Source: Macrostomum hystrix
Lineage: Eukaryota > Animalia > Platyhelminthes
Direction of reading: 5' to 3'
Length of the DNA: 64,000 nucleotides
Assembly: GCA_950097015.1 (NCBI GenBank)
Contig: CATNEN010000038.1
Coordinates: forward strand, 20,336,001 to 20,400,000
Shown here: in pieces, positions 23,670 through 37,500 of the stretch
Position numbering within the stretch: position 1 is the first letter of the stretch
Layout: every line of letters begins with the position of its first letter
The notes under the pieces: generated by a model
The model's input: only the letters and a program-made list of their open reading frames with translations
What the model was told of the DNA's origin: nothing
Databases searched by the model: none
Translations under genes and position numbers: made by a program

Positions 23670-24440
23670 ATGCGAAATCTTCCACTCGCAAATCTTACCC
23701 ATTGCTTCCCCCCTTTGAAATCTTCACCCTTTGAAATCTTCCTCTTTTGAAATCAACCCCTTCTGAAATCTTCTCTATTTCTTCCCCCTTTGAAATCTTC
23801 CCCTTCTGAAATCTTCTCTATTTCTTCCCCCTTTGAAATCTTCCCCTTCTGAAATCTTCTCTATTTCTTCCCCCTTTGAAATCTTCACCCTTTGAAATCT
23901 TCACCCTTTGAAATCTTCCTCTTTTGAAATCTTCCCCTTCTGAAATCTTCCCCTACTGAAATCTTCCAATACGGAAATGTTCCCCTTCAGAAATCTTCCC
24001 CATTTCTTCCCCATTTGAAATCTTCCCCTTCTGAAATCTTCTGAATTTTTCCCTTTCTGAAATATCCCCTCTGGAATCTTCCTCTTCTTAAATCTTCCCC
24101 TTTTAAAATCTTCCTCTCACATTTCTCTTCTGAAATCCCCCTTTGAATCTTCCCTTCAGAAATCTTCCCCATTTCTTCCTCTTCTGAAATCTTCCCCTTC
24201 TGAAATCTTCCCCTTCTGAAATCTTCCCCTTCTGAAATCTTCCCCTTCTGAAATCTTCCCCTTCTGAAATCTTCCCCTTCTGAAATCTTCCCCTTCTGAA
24301 ATCTTCCCCTTCTGAAATCTTCCCCTTCTGAACTCTTCCCCTTCTGAAATCTTCCCCTTTTGAAATCTTCCCCTTCTGATATCTTCCCCTTCTGAAATCT
24401 TCCCCTTCTATAATATTCCCCTACTTGAAATCTTCCCATT
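23670..24440. repeat. 16-bp minisatellite (TGAAATCTTCCCCTTC)n
   Basis: Direct reading. Confidence 0.95.
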
Positions 24441-24593
24441 CACAGCATCCCAGAAAATAGCGCGCAACTTACTTTGATCGGATATTTAGCAGATGAGCTT
24501 GCCTCCGGGCCGAGTCAGTGTGAGCAGCTAGAACGATTCCAATTGTCGAAGACAAACTGAAATATTAGAGTCGCATTTAAATCTTGAACGCAA

Positions 24594-24820
24594 GGTGCTG
24601 CAGCCTAGTGGATAAGGCGTTGGACTCTCGAACTGAAGGCCGTGGTTTCGACTCACGCCAATTAAATTGGTACCAGCTGAAGCTGGAACAGTTGAGGGTG
24701 GATCTGGCGTCCCCCCTAACCCGGTCCATGGACTGGACAACCGTACGCAGCCTTCAGAAGCGGCGCGGCGGAAGCGTGCCCGACCAGTCAGAACGGGTGT
24801 AATAAATTAGTATTATTACT
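24594..24820 (+). mobile_element. tRNA-derived SINE (family A), internally deleted
   Basis: A box AGCCTAGTGG, B-box-like GGTTTCGACTC, AAATTGGTACCAGC and GGCGTCCCCC..GTCCATGGACTG body, A/T-rich tail; collinear with 38335-38634. Confidence 0.8.
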
Positions 24821-25644
24821 GCAGTATTATTTTAAATTATTAGCCCTACTAAACGGATGGGGACTTGTGTTACTTGAAAAAATGATAAGATAAGTTTAGC
24901 CCGACTATCGTTTTCCTAGAAACTGAAGGCAGAAGGTCACAAAAATGTCGCGGTTACTTACATCTGCTAATGGAGTCTCATATGGCTTTATCGCCAGATA
25001 AACCATCTCTCTGCTTTAAAAGTAACCCTATTATTTTACTATTTATTTCTCTGTATCTAGCTATAGCTAGTTTCCAGACCTTCTAGTTCCCTATTTTTTT
25101 CAACTGCGGTTTGGTTTGGCTAGTAAATTTATGGCCACTGAAATGCCGAGTTTATCTTGAACGAAGAACCAACTTGCTTCGCTGCCCCCATACACGCCTA
25201 TAATAGTTGTACTTCTGGTGCTAGATGTAGGAAAGGCCGAAAATCTGGCTTGGTTCTAAGAAATTATAAGCCCCCTTATACTGTAGACTACTTTATCCCC
25301 TCAAATAACTATCAGTTGAAAAAACAAGGATCCTTAAACAAGGTCAATTAAATTTAAACTTACAGGTCTATTAGTCAATGATCCTCAACAGTTGAAATAT
25401 TATTTCTTTGTAATTTTTTCTTAAGCGAATTGAATTTCCTTAAAGCAGCAGCTCTGAGGGTAGATTTTTTGACTGCTTTTATCAGCCTCTCGCCCTATCG
25501 TGCTTGTTACTTTTAAGCAGGGATCGTGATTGGCTCCTGTGTTAAGGACTACGAAAAATGCTATATATAGTAAAGTAAATGCCCAAGACCCTATAAACTT
25601 TCCCTTCGATTGAAGAGAAGAGCTTAGCAACTAGGGTAGAACAA

Positions 25645-27908
25645 AGTTTGGGATTCTCAGTTTGAGATTCTCAGTTTGGGATTCTCAGTTTCGGATTCTC
25701 AGTTTGGGATTCTCCGTTTGAGATTCTCAGTTTGGGATTCTCAGTTTGAGATTCTCCGTTTGGGATTCTCAGTTTGGGATTCTCAGTTTGAGATTCTCAG
25801 ATTGGGATTCTCAGTTTGGGATTCTCAATTTGAGATTCTCAGTTTGGAATTCTCAGTGTCCCATTCTCAGTTTGGGATTCTCAGTTTGGGATTCTCAGAT
25901 TGGGATTCTCAGTTTGGGATTCTCAGTTTGGGATTCTCAGTTTGGGATTCTCAGTTTGGGATTCTCAGATTGGGATTATCAGTTTGGGATTCTCAGTTTG
26001 AGATTCTCAATTTGAGATTCTCAGCTTGGGATTCTCAGCTTGGGATTCTCAGTTTGGGATTTTCAGTTTGGGATTCTCAGTTTGGGATTCTCAGTTTGGG
26101 ATTCTCAGTTTGGGATTCTCAGTTTGGGATTCTCAGCTTGGGATTCTCAGTTTGGGATTCTCAGTTTGGGATTCTCAGCTTGGGATTCTCAGTTTGGGAT
26201 TCTCAGTTTGGGATTCTCAGTTTGGGATTCTCAGTTTGGGATTCTCAGTTTGGGGTTCTCAGTTTAGGATTCTCAGCTTGGGATTCTCAGTTTGGGATTC
26301 TCAGTTTGGGATTCTCAGTTTGAGATTCTCAGTTTGGGATTCTCAGTTTGGGATTCTCAGTTTGGGATTCTCAGTTTGGGATTCTCAGATTGGGATTCTC
26401 AGTTTGGGATTCTCAGTTTGGGATTCTCAGCTTGGGATTCTCAGTTTGGGATTCTCAGTTTGGGATTCTCAGTTTGAGATTCTCAGTTTGAGATTCTCAG
26501 TTTGTGATTCTCAGTTTGGGATTCTCAGCTTGGGATTCTCAGTTTGGGATTCTCAGTTTGGGATTCTCAGTGTGGGATTCTCAGTTTGGGATTCTCAGTT
26601 TGGGATTCTCAGTTTGGGATTCTCAGTTTTGGATTCTCAGCTTGGGATTCTCAGTTTGGGATTCTCAGTTTGGGATTCTCAGCTTGGGATTCTCAGTTTT
26701 GGATTCTCAGTTTGGGATTCTCAGTTTGAGATTCTCAGTTTGAGATTCTCAGTTTGGGATTCTCAGCTTGGGATTCTCAGTTTGGGATTCTCAGATTGGG
26801 ATTATCAGTTTGGGATTCTCAGTTTGGGATTCTCAGCTTGGGATTCTCAGTTTGGGATTCTCAGTTTTGGATTCTCAGTTTGGGATTCTCAGTTTGAGAT
26901 TCTCAGTTTGTGATTCTCAGTTTGGGATTCTCAGCTTGGGATTCTCAGTTTGTGATTCTCAGTTTGGGATTCTCAGTGTGGGATTCTCAGTTTGGGATTC
27001 TCAGTTTGGGATTCTCAGTTTGGGATTCTCAGTTTTGGATTCTCAGCTTGGGATTCTCAGTTTGGGATTCTCAGTTTGGGATTCTCAGTCTGGGATTCTC
27101 AGTCTGGGATTCTCAGTTTGGGATCTCAGTTTGGGATTCTCAGCTTGGGATTCTCAGCTTGGGATTCTCAGTTTGGGATTCTCAGTTTGGGATTCTCAGT
27201 TAGGGATTCTCAGTGTCCCATTCTCAGTTTGGGATTCTCAGTTTGGGATTCTCAGATTGGGATTCTCAGTTTGGGATTCTCAGCTTGGGATTCTCAGTTT
27301 GGGATTCTAAGTTTGGGATTCTCTGTCTGGGATTCTCAGTTTGGGATCTCAGTTTTGGATTCTCAGCTTGGGATTCTCAGTTTGGGATTCTCAGTTTGGG
27401 ATTCTCAGTTTGGGATTCTCAGTTTGGGATTCTCAGCTTGGGATTCTCAGATTGGGATTCTCAGTTTGGGATTCTCAGTTTGGGATTCTCAGTTTGGGAT
27501 TCTCAGCTTGGGATTCTCAGCTTGGGATTCTCAGTTTGGGATTCTCAGTTTGGGATTCTCAGTTTGGGATTCTCAGTTTGAGATTCTCAGTTTGGGATTC
27601 TCAGTTTGAGATTCTCAGCTTGGGATTCTCAGTTTGGGATTCTCAGTTTGGGATTCTCAGTCTGGGATTCTCAGTCTGGGATTCTCAGTTTGGGATTCTC
27701 AGTCTGGGATTCTCAGTCTGGGATTCTCAGTTTGGGATCTCAGTTTGGGATTCTCAGCTTGGGATTCTCAGCTTGGGATTCTCAGTTTGGGATTCTCAGT
27801 TTGGGATTCTCAGTTTGGGATCTCAGTTTGGGATTCTCAGCTTGGGATTCTCAGTTTGGGATTCTCAGTTTAGGATTCTCAGTTTGGGATTATCAGTTTG
27901 GGATTCTA
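25645..27908. repeat. 14-bp minisatellite (GGGATTCTCAGTTT)n, array 2
   Basis: Direct reading; same unit and orientation as array 1. Confidence 0.98.
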
Positions 27909-28249
27909 GGCTCAATGTGGCAGGTGGTTTTATCAATTTTTATTGATCTAGTTTTGTATAAATTAATTGTATAAATTAAGGCAAACTTCAGGTTAAATTT
28001 CAGCATTATGCTATACTAAGAAACAAATACCTTTCGCTATTATTTACAACGCCCTTGAAATGCAGTTTTTGTAAAAATCATTCAAGATTTGTTTTTGAAC
28101 CGGCTTTGAGGTGTAAAGTAAATACTATGTTTTAATTAGCAGTACAGGTGCGTATTCTAGAAAGAATAAAAATGCATTTCAAATACTGACTTGATTTAAT
28201 AGTATAATACTGATTACTTGGGCGACAAGTTATGATCCAGAATGATTCA

Positions 28250-29368
28250 GAATGACGGCTGTGATTCAGAGTGACAGGCTGTGATCTAGAGTGACAGGCT
28301 GTGATCTAGAGTGACAGGCTGTGATCTAGAGTGACAGGCTGTGATCTAGAGTGACAGGCTGTGATCTAGAGTGACAGGCTGTGATCTAGAGTGACAGGCT
28401 GTGATCTAGAGTGACAGGCTGTGATCTAGAGTGACAGGCTGTGATCTAGAGTGACAGGCTATGATCTTGAGTGACAGGCTATGATCTAGAGTGACAGGCT
28501 ATGATCTAGAGTGACAGGCTGTGATCTTGAGTGACAGGCTGTGATCTTGAGTGACAGGCTGTGATCTAGAGTGACAGGCTGTGATCTAGAGTGACAGGCT
28601 GTGATCTAGAGTGACAGGCTGTGATCTAGAGTGACAGGCTGTGATCTTGAGTGACAGGCTGTGATCTTGAGTGACAGGCTGTGATCTTGAGTGACAGGCT
28701 GTGATTCAGAGTGACAGGCTGTGATTCAGAGTGACAGGCTGTGATCTTGAGAGACAGGCTGTGATTCTGAGTGACAGGCTGTATTCTAGAGTGACAGGCT
28801 GTGATCTAGAGTGACAGGCTGTGATCTAGAGTGACAGGCTGTGATCTTGAGAGACAGGCTGTGATTCTGAGTGACAGGCTGTATTCTAGAGTGACAGGCT
28901 GTGATCTAGAGTGACAGGTTGTGATCTAGAGTGACAGGCTGTGATCTAGAGTGACAGGCTGTGATCTAGAGTGACAGGCTATGATCTTGAGAGACAGGCT
29001 GTGATTCAGAGTGACAGGCTGTGATCTAGAGTGACAGGCTGTGATCTTGAGTGACAGGCTGTGATCTTGAGTGACAGGCTGTGATCTAGAGTGACAGGCT
29101 GTGATCTTGAGTGACAGGCTGTGATCTAGAGTGACAGGCTGTGATCTAGAGTGACAGGCTGTGATCTTGAGTGACAGGCTGTGATCTAGAGTGACAGGCT
29201 GTGATCTTGAGTGACAGGCTGTGATCTTGAGTGACAGCTAGGCTGTGATCTTGAGTGACAGGCTGTGATCTTGAGTGACAGCTAGGCTGTGATCTTGAGT
29301 GACAGGCTGTGATTCAGAGTGACAGGCTGTGATCTTGAGAGACAGGCTGTGATTCAGAGTGACAGGCC
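28250..29368. repeat. 20-bp minisatellite (GTGATCTAGAGTGACAGGCT)n
   Basis: Direct reading. Confidence 0.98.
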
Positions 29369-30193
29369 GTACATTAGTTTTACAATGCACGTGAACTGTA
29401 TACCATTTAATCATGGGTTTAGATGTTTTTAAAATGAATGAAAATGCGTAAACTGCTTGACAGGAATTATAATATTGTTTAATTGAACTGTCGAATTTTC
29501 ATTTTTATCCAAAGTTCGCAACTGGATGAAAATTGTACTCGGTTTAATTTACATTCTACAAACAATATTTGTGTATAACATAGCTGAACTCATCAAAAGT
29601 GTATTAAATTCAAATTTAAATGAAAATACACTGCATATTTATATGAGTAGACTGTTAGGAAATTATTTGAAAACGGTAAGCAAATAAAAACTATACTATT
29701 TGAGAAGATAATTAAAAGGCTAATAAATAAGGTACCAGTTTTACAAATAAAATTTTATTTTGCGCATATTCTTTTATGAAACAGTAGTACATGTTAATAT
29801 TTTAGATAACAACAGTTGTTAGCAAATCGCTACTTTAAGTAACGTGGTTAGTTTGACTTTTTACATTTCAAAAATTTGTTTATAAGAAGAATCGCATGGA
29901 AACCTAGGAAATCGGCTTAATTGCGTCCAAAATATAAATATTAAAAAACCAGAGCGACAAAAAAGAAACGATTAGATTGGGTTGGAATGATATTTTTGTT
30001 AATCTGTTCAGCATTTTTACAACTTGAGTATATTTTTATAAACATAATTGCAATCTTTATTATCATACCATTCTTAAAATCCTAAAGTTTCAAAAAAGTA
30101 GAAAAAGCTGCACAGTTACATATTTTAAAATAATTTTGATATGTAAAAAATGAATGGCTTTGTTTTCTAATATTATTGACAGTTTGACGTGTC

Positions 30194-31864
30194 TCATCGC
30201 AATCTCCGTACTAGCGTCTGCCCTAACGCACACAGAAGAGAATAAAGGAACGCGACGTGGTAAAAACCGTTTTTATGGCAACCGCCATTACCAACGTCAC
30301 CAGCCGATGCCGAATAGGCTGGCGGCGGAGCGCCAACGTGCCTCGGCGTTGTGTCGCCAATCGCTGCCGCTCGCTGCGGTGGCGTTCTCTGATCGGCCAT
30401 CAAGTCGGCCGGCGGTTCGTTAAATCGTCGCCTGCACCAGTCGGGCATCAGCTGGCTGTAGTACTTTACCACCAGCATTACGATCGGATTGCTGCAGCGC
30501 CGCCTGTCACGAAGCAGCTGACGCTCGATGCAGTCTAGAAACTGCTTGCGATCGCTGAAGGGATGATATTTCTTTTTGCGAGTTAGCATGTATAACTAGC
30601 AATGTGAGCCCCCAAACTACGAAAAGCCGTTTAGAAAAAGCTCATAAAAGTTCAGAAAAATTGCTCGTATATGAACGACTAGCAAAGTGAGCCCCCTAAC
30701 TACATGAAATATTGTTTTTGCGATTTAGTATACACGACTAGCAAAGTGAGCCCCCAAACTATCTGAATGAAGAGAAGCGTGGTCAATATTATTCTGTCTT
30801 TTCTACTGTTAACTTTGGGCAAAAAAATCGACAGTAATCACCTGCACAGCTGTTCCTGAACAGTTCGTCGAATAAAATTTAGAAAGGCTTCCATATCAGT
30901 GCGGATAGTCTGCGTATTCTGTTTTGTGTTGTTGATAGCTTTTCCTATTTTGACGCTGGCCGCTTTGATGGTGGCTGGCGCGCTCTTGAAGCGGCTGCAG
31001 TACTGGGCGTCGTTTAGGAAGTGTGACAGGCAGTCCGCGTGTTGCTCAAATACTGCTCAATTTTAGTGGGGTATATAGATAGATGGAACAGATTAAGCGT
31101 TATCGATCTGATTGTAAGATATGTTTGAATTATTTTAGAATTTAAGGATCTGATTGACTAATCTATTGGATGGGAATAAAGAACAACTGATTTATCGATC
31201 AGATAAGATTATCTACTAGTAATTAGGTAATTTATTGTTAAATGATTTCATCTGTTATCGATCGGACATTTTTTTATTTTTGATCGAGTTGGAAGATCTG
31301 ATCGCGTTATTTATTAAAAGATAGGATGAAACCAGCGCTTTACTTTAATAAACTCACTGCCAATATTATGCTCCTCGCAGATATAGTCTGCAGCCCTGGC
31401 GTACAGCTCGTAGTTGTACACAGTCAAGATCATGATGTGCGTGAAATCTCGGCGATCTGTACATTGGTGCGCCGCTTCGTCTTGCAGACATTTCAGACTT
31501 TTCACGTGCGTTCGATTGCTGAAATTTTATTTAGAAATTTCATTTTACTTTAGAATCATTTTACGCCCAAACCCGTTGACATTAGGTCTCTGTATTACTT
31601 TGGTATTTTAGTAGGCTCACCGGCACATACTCCTCAGCTGGTGAAACGGCTGCCAACCAAAGTTATAGCCCTCATCAAACAAGTCTTTCGCCCCGTAGCT
31701 CTCCTTGCATTGGCGCCACATTGTGCTAATGTGGCAGCGCTGCGCCGCTGCGGCCGCTGGCTGACTAAAAGCGATCGCTGAAGCTGGCGATAAAGCTGAC
31801 AAAATAGCGAGCGACCAAGTTAATAACAGGTAAAGCAGAAGACGATGAAGGAAGGCGACTGAAC
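30194..31864 (-). CDS. Cysteine-rich secreted, probably GPI/C-terminally anchored protein (DUF19/T20D4.11-like spacing, tentative); at least 4 exons, start exon unresolved
   Basis: Exons 31864-31621, 31518-31358, 31052-30842, 30554-30194 join in frame through GT-AG introns (phases 2,1,2). Hydrophobic signal-like RLLLYLLLTWSLAILSA; spaced Cys (RSMCR..LKCL..YICEEH..HADCL..QLC..FLDCIE..C..MPDWC); hydrophobic C-tail VAFLYSLLCALG. Confidence 0.75.
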
Positions 31865-31937
31865 CTGTTGGAGGGTGGACGCGTTTTTTTATTTAAACGA
31901 GCTTTTTGGCTGTAAATTGCATGTGAGCGGCGGATTC

Positions 31938-32292
31938 TATTTTTAGCAACAGTGTGCCTTACTCATCTAACGTCGGTTTTTATTTTTAGCAACAGTGGGC
32001 CTTTCTCATCTGACGTCGGTTTCTATTTTTAGCAACAGTGTGCCTTACTCATCTAACGTCGGTTTTTATTTTTAGCAACAGTGGGCCTTTCTCATCTGAC
32101 GTCGGTTTCTATTTTTAGCAACAGTGTGCCTTACTCATCTAACGTCGGTTTTTATTTTTAGCAACAGTGGGCCTTTCTCATCTGACGTCGGTTTCTATTT
32201 TTAGCAACAGTGTGCCTTACTCATCTAACGTCGGTTTCTATTTTTAGCAACAGTGGGCCTTTCTCATCTGACGTCGGTTTCTATTTTTAGTA
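31938..32292. repeat. 43-bp minisatellite with alternating A/B units (86-bp higher-order repeat)
   Basis: 8 units alternating GTGTGCCTTACTCATCTAAC and GTGGGCCTTTCTCATCTGAC. Confidence 0.95.
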
Positions 32293-33149
32293 ACTCGTGG
32301 GAATCAACTCTGTAGACTCTTGGATCCATTAACTTTTAAACACCAAGCGATACTTGCAGAAAATCAGAGAAAAACCAAGAATCCTCACTTCCTTTTAAGC
32401 AGAATTGATTGAAATATAAAGCAAAGCTACGAAAATGGACGAGAATATCAGTTTAAATAAATAGAAAAAATCTATATCTAAAGTTTACTCTGCCAGGTGG
32501 ATTCGGACGAAGCGAAACAGGATCGGTACTTCTACAAACACAGGGCGACCTAGGTAGATGCAAACACACATAGAGTCTGCACAATAGCTTCTGCTCTTGA
32601 GCTAGCTTAGCAACTCAGAACACACGCGCAGCGAATGCAGTTACTCAAGCAGGCACGTGCGATTGTCTGTAATTGCGTGACTGATCCCAAAGTCTGGAAA
32701 AATTGCCAAATCGTGCTTCGAGATTCGCTTTGGCCAGATTCAGTTCCAGTTAGCATCAGCTAGGGAGATTTTGGGGATGAATGAGACAGGCCTGACAGTC
32801 ATGCGGCTGCTGCTGCGGCAGGCAGCTTCGTCTCTGAGCGGGAATAAAATTTGATTAGTACACGTACCGATCGAGTCGAGTTTTGTGGTGGCGGCTGGGG
32901 TCGGTGAAATCTACAAAAGCACGCGAAGTTACTCAATACTGCGATCGCGTCTTGCGCTGTTTTTTTCTAGAGTTAATTGTGAGTCTCTTGTGATTTATGG
33001 CATGAATGCCCATTTCAGTACAAAGGCAGATTTAAGAGGGAAATACTTTATTAATGTCATTTCAGACGAACAGATTCCGAAAAGTTGTCCTTGCCGATAA
33101 AAAATGTCATTCGTGAATCGTTATTCGGAATCGTACTTAAATTCTGAAT

Positions 33150-34125
33150 AGCTCAGGTTGAGGACAACTCAGAATGGGGATAAATCATAATGGGGATAAC
33201 TCAGAATGGGGATAACTCAGAATGGGGATAACTCAGAATGGGGATAACTCAGAATGGGGATAACTCAGAATGGGGATCACCCAGAATGGGGATAACTTAG
33301 AATAGGGATAACTCAGAATGGTATAATTCAAAATTGGGATAACTCAGAATGAGGATAACTCAGAATGAGGATAAATCATAATGGGGATAACTCAGAATGA
33401 GGATAAATCATAATGGGGATAACTCAGAATAAGGATAACTCAGAATGAGGATAACTCAGAATGAGGATAACTTAGAATAGGGATAACTCAGAATGAGGAT
33501 AACTCAGAATGGGGATAAATCATAATGGGGATAACTCAGAATGGGCATAACTCAGAATGGGGATAACTTAGAATAGGGATAACTCAGAATGGTATAATTC
33601 AAAATTGGGATAACTCAGAATGGGGATAACTCAGAATGGTATAATTCAAAATTGGGATAACTCAGAATGGGGATAAATCATAATGGGGATAACTCAGAAT
33701 GGGGATAACTCAGAATGGGGATAACTTAGAATAGGGATAACTCAGAATGGGGATAACTCATAATGAGGATAACTCAGAATGAGGATAACTCAGAATGAGG
33801 ATAACTCAGAATGGGGATAACTCAGAATGAGGATAACTCAGAATGAGGATAACTCAGAATGAGGATAACTCAGAATGGGGATAAATCATAATGGGGATAA
33901 CTTAGAATAGGGATAACTCAGAATGGGGATAACTCAGAATGAGGATAACTCAGAATGAGGATAACTCAGAATGGTATAATTCAAAATTGGGATAACTCAG
34001 AATGGGGATAAATCATAATGGGGATAACTCAGAATGGGGATAACTCAGAATGGGGATAACTTAGAATAGGGATAACTCAGAATGGGATCATTCAAAATTG
34101 GGATAACTCAGAATGGGGATAAATA
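33150..34125. repeat. 16-bp minisatellite (GGGGATAACTCAGAAT)n
   Basis: Direct reading. Confidence 0.96.
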
Positions 34126-34547
34126 GTTTCTAAGGAACTAAAACGATCCCCTCTTATTGGTGGCTTAGCTGTTTTTCTAGGGAAGATAGGATTAATTTGA
34201 TCCCGGAATTCGAAAAAGAGAAGCAGCAAACTGATCGAGGGTCCTTCAGCAATTTAGACTAGGCTGGCAAATTAAGCTTGCGTTGCACGCAGTTCGGGGC
34301 AAATATGCCCAGACAAGTGGATCTTTTAGGGGTCTTAAGAAGCAAGCGTCAATTTAATTGTTCTTCTATTGCTAACTGTTTGTACTTTGCTGGCGTCTGA
34401 AGATCTCATTAAATGGTTCTTTAACTCATAGACACTTTTTGGTCAGCAAATGAGAAAATAGACATGTCATTTTGGAAAAATATCGTCTTAAAATTAAATA
34501 TTATGCAGATTATTCTACCCGAAATTGAGAATGGAGAGAGAGGTAAG

Positions 34548-35380
34548 AAAGGAGAGATTGATAAGGGAGAGATTGATAAGGGAGAGATTGATAAGGGAGA
34601 GATTGATAAGGGAGAGATTGATAAGCGAGAGATTGATAAGGGAGAGATTGATAAGGGAGGGATTGATAAGGGAGAGATTTATAAGGGAGAGATTGATAAG
34701 GGAGAGATTGATAAGGGAGAGATTGATAAGGGAGACAGTTAGAAAGGATAGATCGAGTAGGGGAGAGATTGACAAGGTTGAGATTGATAAGGGCGAGATT
34801 GATAAGGTAGACATTCATAAGGGAGAGATTGATAAGGGAAAGATTGATAAGGGAGATAATTAAGGGAGACACGTAGAAAGGATAGATCGAGTAGGGGAGC
34901 GATTGATAAGGTTGAGATTGATGGGGAAGATTGATAAGGGAGCAATTGATAAGTGAGAGATTGAAAGGAAGACAGTTAGAAAGGATAGATCGAGTAGGAG
35001 AGAGATTGATAAGGGAGCGATTGATAAGGGAGAGATTGATAAGGGAGAGATTGATAAGGGAGAGATTGATAAGGGAGAGATTGATAAGGGAGAGATTGAT
35101 AAGGGAGAGATTGATAAGGGAGAGATTGATAAGGGAGAGATTGATAAGGGAGACAGTTAGAAAGGATAGATCGAGTAGGGGAGAGATTGACAAGGTTGAG
35201 ATTGATAAGGGCGAGATTGATAAGGTAGACATTCATAAGGGAGAGATTGATAAGGGAAAGATTGATAAGGGAGATAATTAAGGGAGACACGTAGAAAGGA
35301 TAGATCGAGTAGGGGAGAGATTGATAAGGGAGCGATTTACTAGGGTGAGATTGATAAGGACAATATTGATAGGGAAGATA
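34548..35380. repeat. 15-bp minisatellite (GGAGAGATTGATAAG)n with 418-bp-offset internal duplication
   Basis: Direct reading; block ~34730-34900 recurs at ~35148-35318. Confidence 0.95.
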
Positions 35381-36109
35381 AAAAAGGAGAGATCGGGTAG
35401 GGGAGAAAAGAGCTGCAATCCACTAAGGAACCGTTGTTAGTGTGAAATTGATGCATGTTAGGTATGAAAAACATTGATTGAACATAAGTGTGAGAGACAG
35501 GGTGCAAGAGAATCTTGAAATTGCCGCTTATCTTCAATACAAATATGAGAAGACTCTGAACTGTCAGAAACAGTTAACTACAGACTTTAACATTCAATCT
35601 ATTGGATTATATTTTTCATCCACTCATAATTAATCTACACTTATAGAGCCATATCTAAATAAGAAGCCTTTAAGCATATAAATGGGATATATATACTCGT
35701 ATATAAGAGAACGAGGATATTCTCAAGTTTTAGACTCTGCAATTGACGGCCAAAACTTAGGGGGGGGGCGGGATAAAACCTACAAACATACGAGCAATAT
35801 AACCATCTATAATAATTCATATATACTAATTGGGAAAATAACTTCTATTCCCCACTCTGCAACCTGGAGTAAGGAGCGCTTGCTAGTGACTCGCGTGTGT
35901 CATCACTTTGGAGGATAAATTTTTCTGTCTATAAATATAAGAACACAGATGGCTAGACAATTTAGTTTATGGCCTGGGGTTATGATCAATCATATAATTG
36001 CACCGCTGCCTATATGCTACTGCAGTTCTGAGTTGAGTTCAATACGTACAGTAAGTTTTACAATTAACAAAGCTATACTTATCTAGTGATGAAGGGGGAT
36101 TTTTAATCG

Positions 36110-37500
36110 CGATCCCAATTACAATCTAAATCCCAATCCAAATGAAGAATAGTTCCAATCCCAATCTAAATCCGAATCCCAATATGAATCCAAATCCCAA
36201 TTAATATGAATCCGAATCCCAATATGACTCCGAATCCCAATATGAATCCGAATCCTAATATGAATCTGAATCCCAATATGAATCTGAATCCCAATATGAA
36301 TCCGAATCCCAATATGAATCCGAATCCCAATATGACTCCGAATCCCAATATGAATCCGAATCCCAATATGAATCCGAATCCCAATATGACTCCGAATCCC
36401 AATATGAATCCGAATCCTAATATGAATCCGAATCCCAATATGACTCCGAATCCCAATATGAATCCGAATCCCAATATGAATCCGAATCCCAATATGACTC
36501 CGAATCCCAATATGAATCTGAATCCCAATATAAATCTGAATCCCAATATAAATCTGAATCCCAATATGAATCTGAATCCCAATATGACTCCGAATCCCAA
36601 TATGAATCTGAATCCTAATATGAATCTGAATCCCAATATGAATCCGAATCCCAATATGACTCCGAATCCCAATATGAATCCGAATCCCAATATGAATCCG
36701 AATCCCAATATGAATCCGAATCCCAATATGACTCCGAATCCCAATATGAATCCGAATCCTAATATGAATCTGAATCCCAATATGAATCTGAATCCCAATA
36801 TGAATCCGAATCCCAATATGACTCCGAATCCCAATATGAATCCGAATCCCAATATGAATCCGAATCCCAATATGAATCCGAATCCCAATATGACTCCGAA
36901 TCCCAATATGAATCCGAATCCCAATATGAATCCGAATCCCAATATGACTCCGAATCCCAATATGAATCCGAATCCCAATATGAATCCGAATCCCAATATG
37001 AATCCGAATCCCAATATGACTCCGAATCCCAATATGAATCCGAATCCCAATATGAATCCGAATCCCAATATGAATCCGAATCCCAATATGAATCCGAATC
37101 CCAATATGACTCCGAATCCCAATATAATTCTGAATCCCAATATAAATCCGAATCCCTATCTGAATGTTAATATGAATCCAAATCCGAATCCGAATCCCAA
37201 TATAAATCCGAATCCCTATCTGAATGTTAATATGAATCTGAATCCCAATATGAATCCGAATCCGAATTCGAATCCCAATATGAATCCCAATATGAATCCT
37301 AATATGAATCCTAAAATGAATCCTAATATGAATCCGAATCCCAATCTGAATGTTAATATGAATCTGAATCCCAATATAAATCTGAATCCCAATCTGAATC
37401 CGAATCACAATATGAATCCCAATCCCAATACCGAAATATTTATCTCAGTTCGAATCCCAATCCGAAAGATAAATCCAAACCTAAATCAGAATCCTAATTA
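36110..37500. repeat. 18-bp minisatellite (AATATGAATCCGAATCCC)n built from 6-bp subunits
   Basis: Direct reading; degenerates into 6-mers at both edges. Confidence 0.97.

Noticed and set aside
25676-27974. Many ORFs of GFSVWDSQFGILSL type
   Set aside because: Translations of the 14-bp satellite.
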